A stretch of DNA of 64,000 bases from Carcharhinus longimanus. Lineage: Eukaryota. The DNA lies in NCBI GenBank assembly GCA_030264375.1, contig JASCQW010000112.1, positions 36,835,650 to 36,899,649 of the forward strand, in the 5' to 3' direction. A program made the translations under genes and the position numbers. Below the pieces are notes generated by a model. It made no database searches. It worked only from the letters and a program-made list of their open reading frames with translations, and was not told where the DNA came from. Position 1 is the stretch's first letter, and the number at the start of each line of letters is the position of its first letter. This document shows, piece by piece, positions 63,791-64,000 of this stretch.

Positions 63791-64000
63791 CTTTGTGCAG
63801 AGGACCAGTCTTGAGCCCACACTCCATCCACAAGATATATGGCAAATCCTAGAAATAGCAAATATTGTAGAAAGATTGTGATCTCTGCCCTATGCCAGCA
63901 ATTTAATCAGGTTCATGCCCATAATAGACAAAATCCTGGTTTGTATAAGACCCCATTGCCAGATCTTCCCATCTCACTTGATTTTCATATCTCATTGACC

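Noticed and set aside
1-64000. CRISPR arrays, operons or other prokaryotic systems
   Set aside because: The sequence is a spliced vertebrate gene with SINEs and LINEs; no regularly spaced repeat-spacer array was seen.

Overview
Eukaryotic, repeat-rich vertebrate genomic DNA. The SINE/LINE complement resembles that of cartilaginous fishes (probably a shark; inference). The draft assembly has many N-gaps. The whole window lies inside one minus-strand gene, FERMT2 (kindlin-2). Ten constitutive coding exons (234, 141, 226, 103, 108, 135, 50, 125, 107 and 222 nt; about exons 3-12 in human numbering, recalled from memory) splice in frame from ...[13 protein letters not shown]... to ...KKYKNKQ. The first coding exon and the F3-domain exons lie outside the window. 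Notable points: (1) a frame-preserving 33-nt cassette microexon (GSDVLYIGPSK) in the F1 loop, preceded by an ~110-nt AG-free tract with ten YGCY motifs; (2) a 98-nt GC-AG intron; (3) a frameshifted histone H4 pseudogene antisense in an intron; (4) two decayed PIF/Harbinger elements plus a related MITE-like family; (5) Penelope-like palindromic remnants centred on a degenerate hammerhead motif; (6) many V-SINE/HE1-like SINEs in both orientations, and CR1 and L2 fragments. Almost all ORFs in the supplied track are spurious or repeat-derived. I found no convincing wholly new biological system. Repeat boundaries are approximate, and family names come from motif recognition, not database searches.
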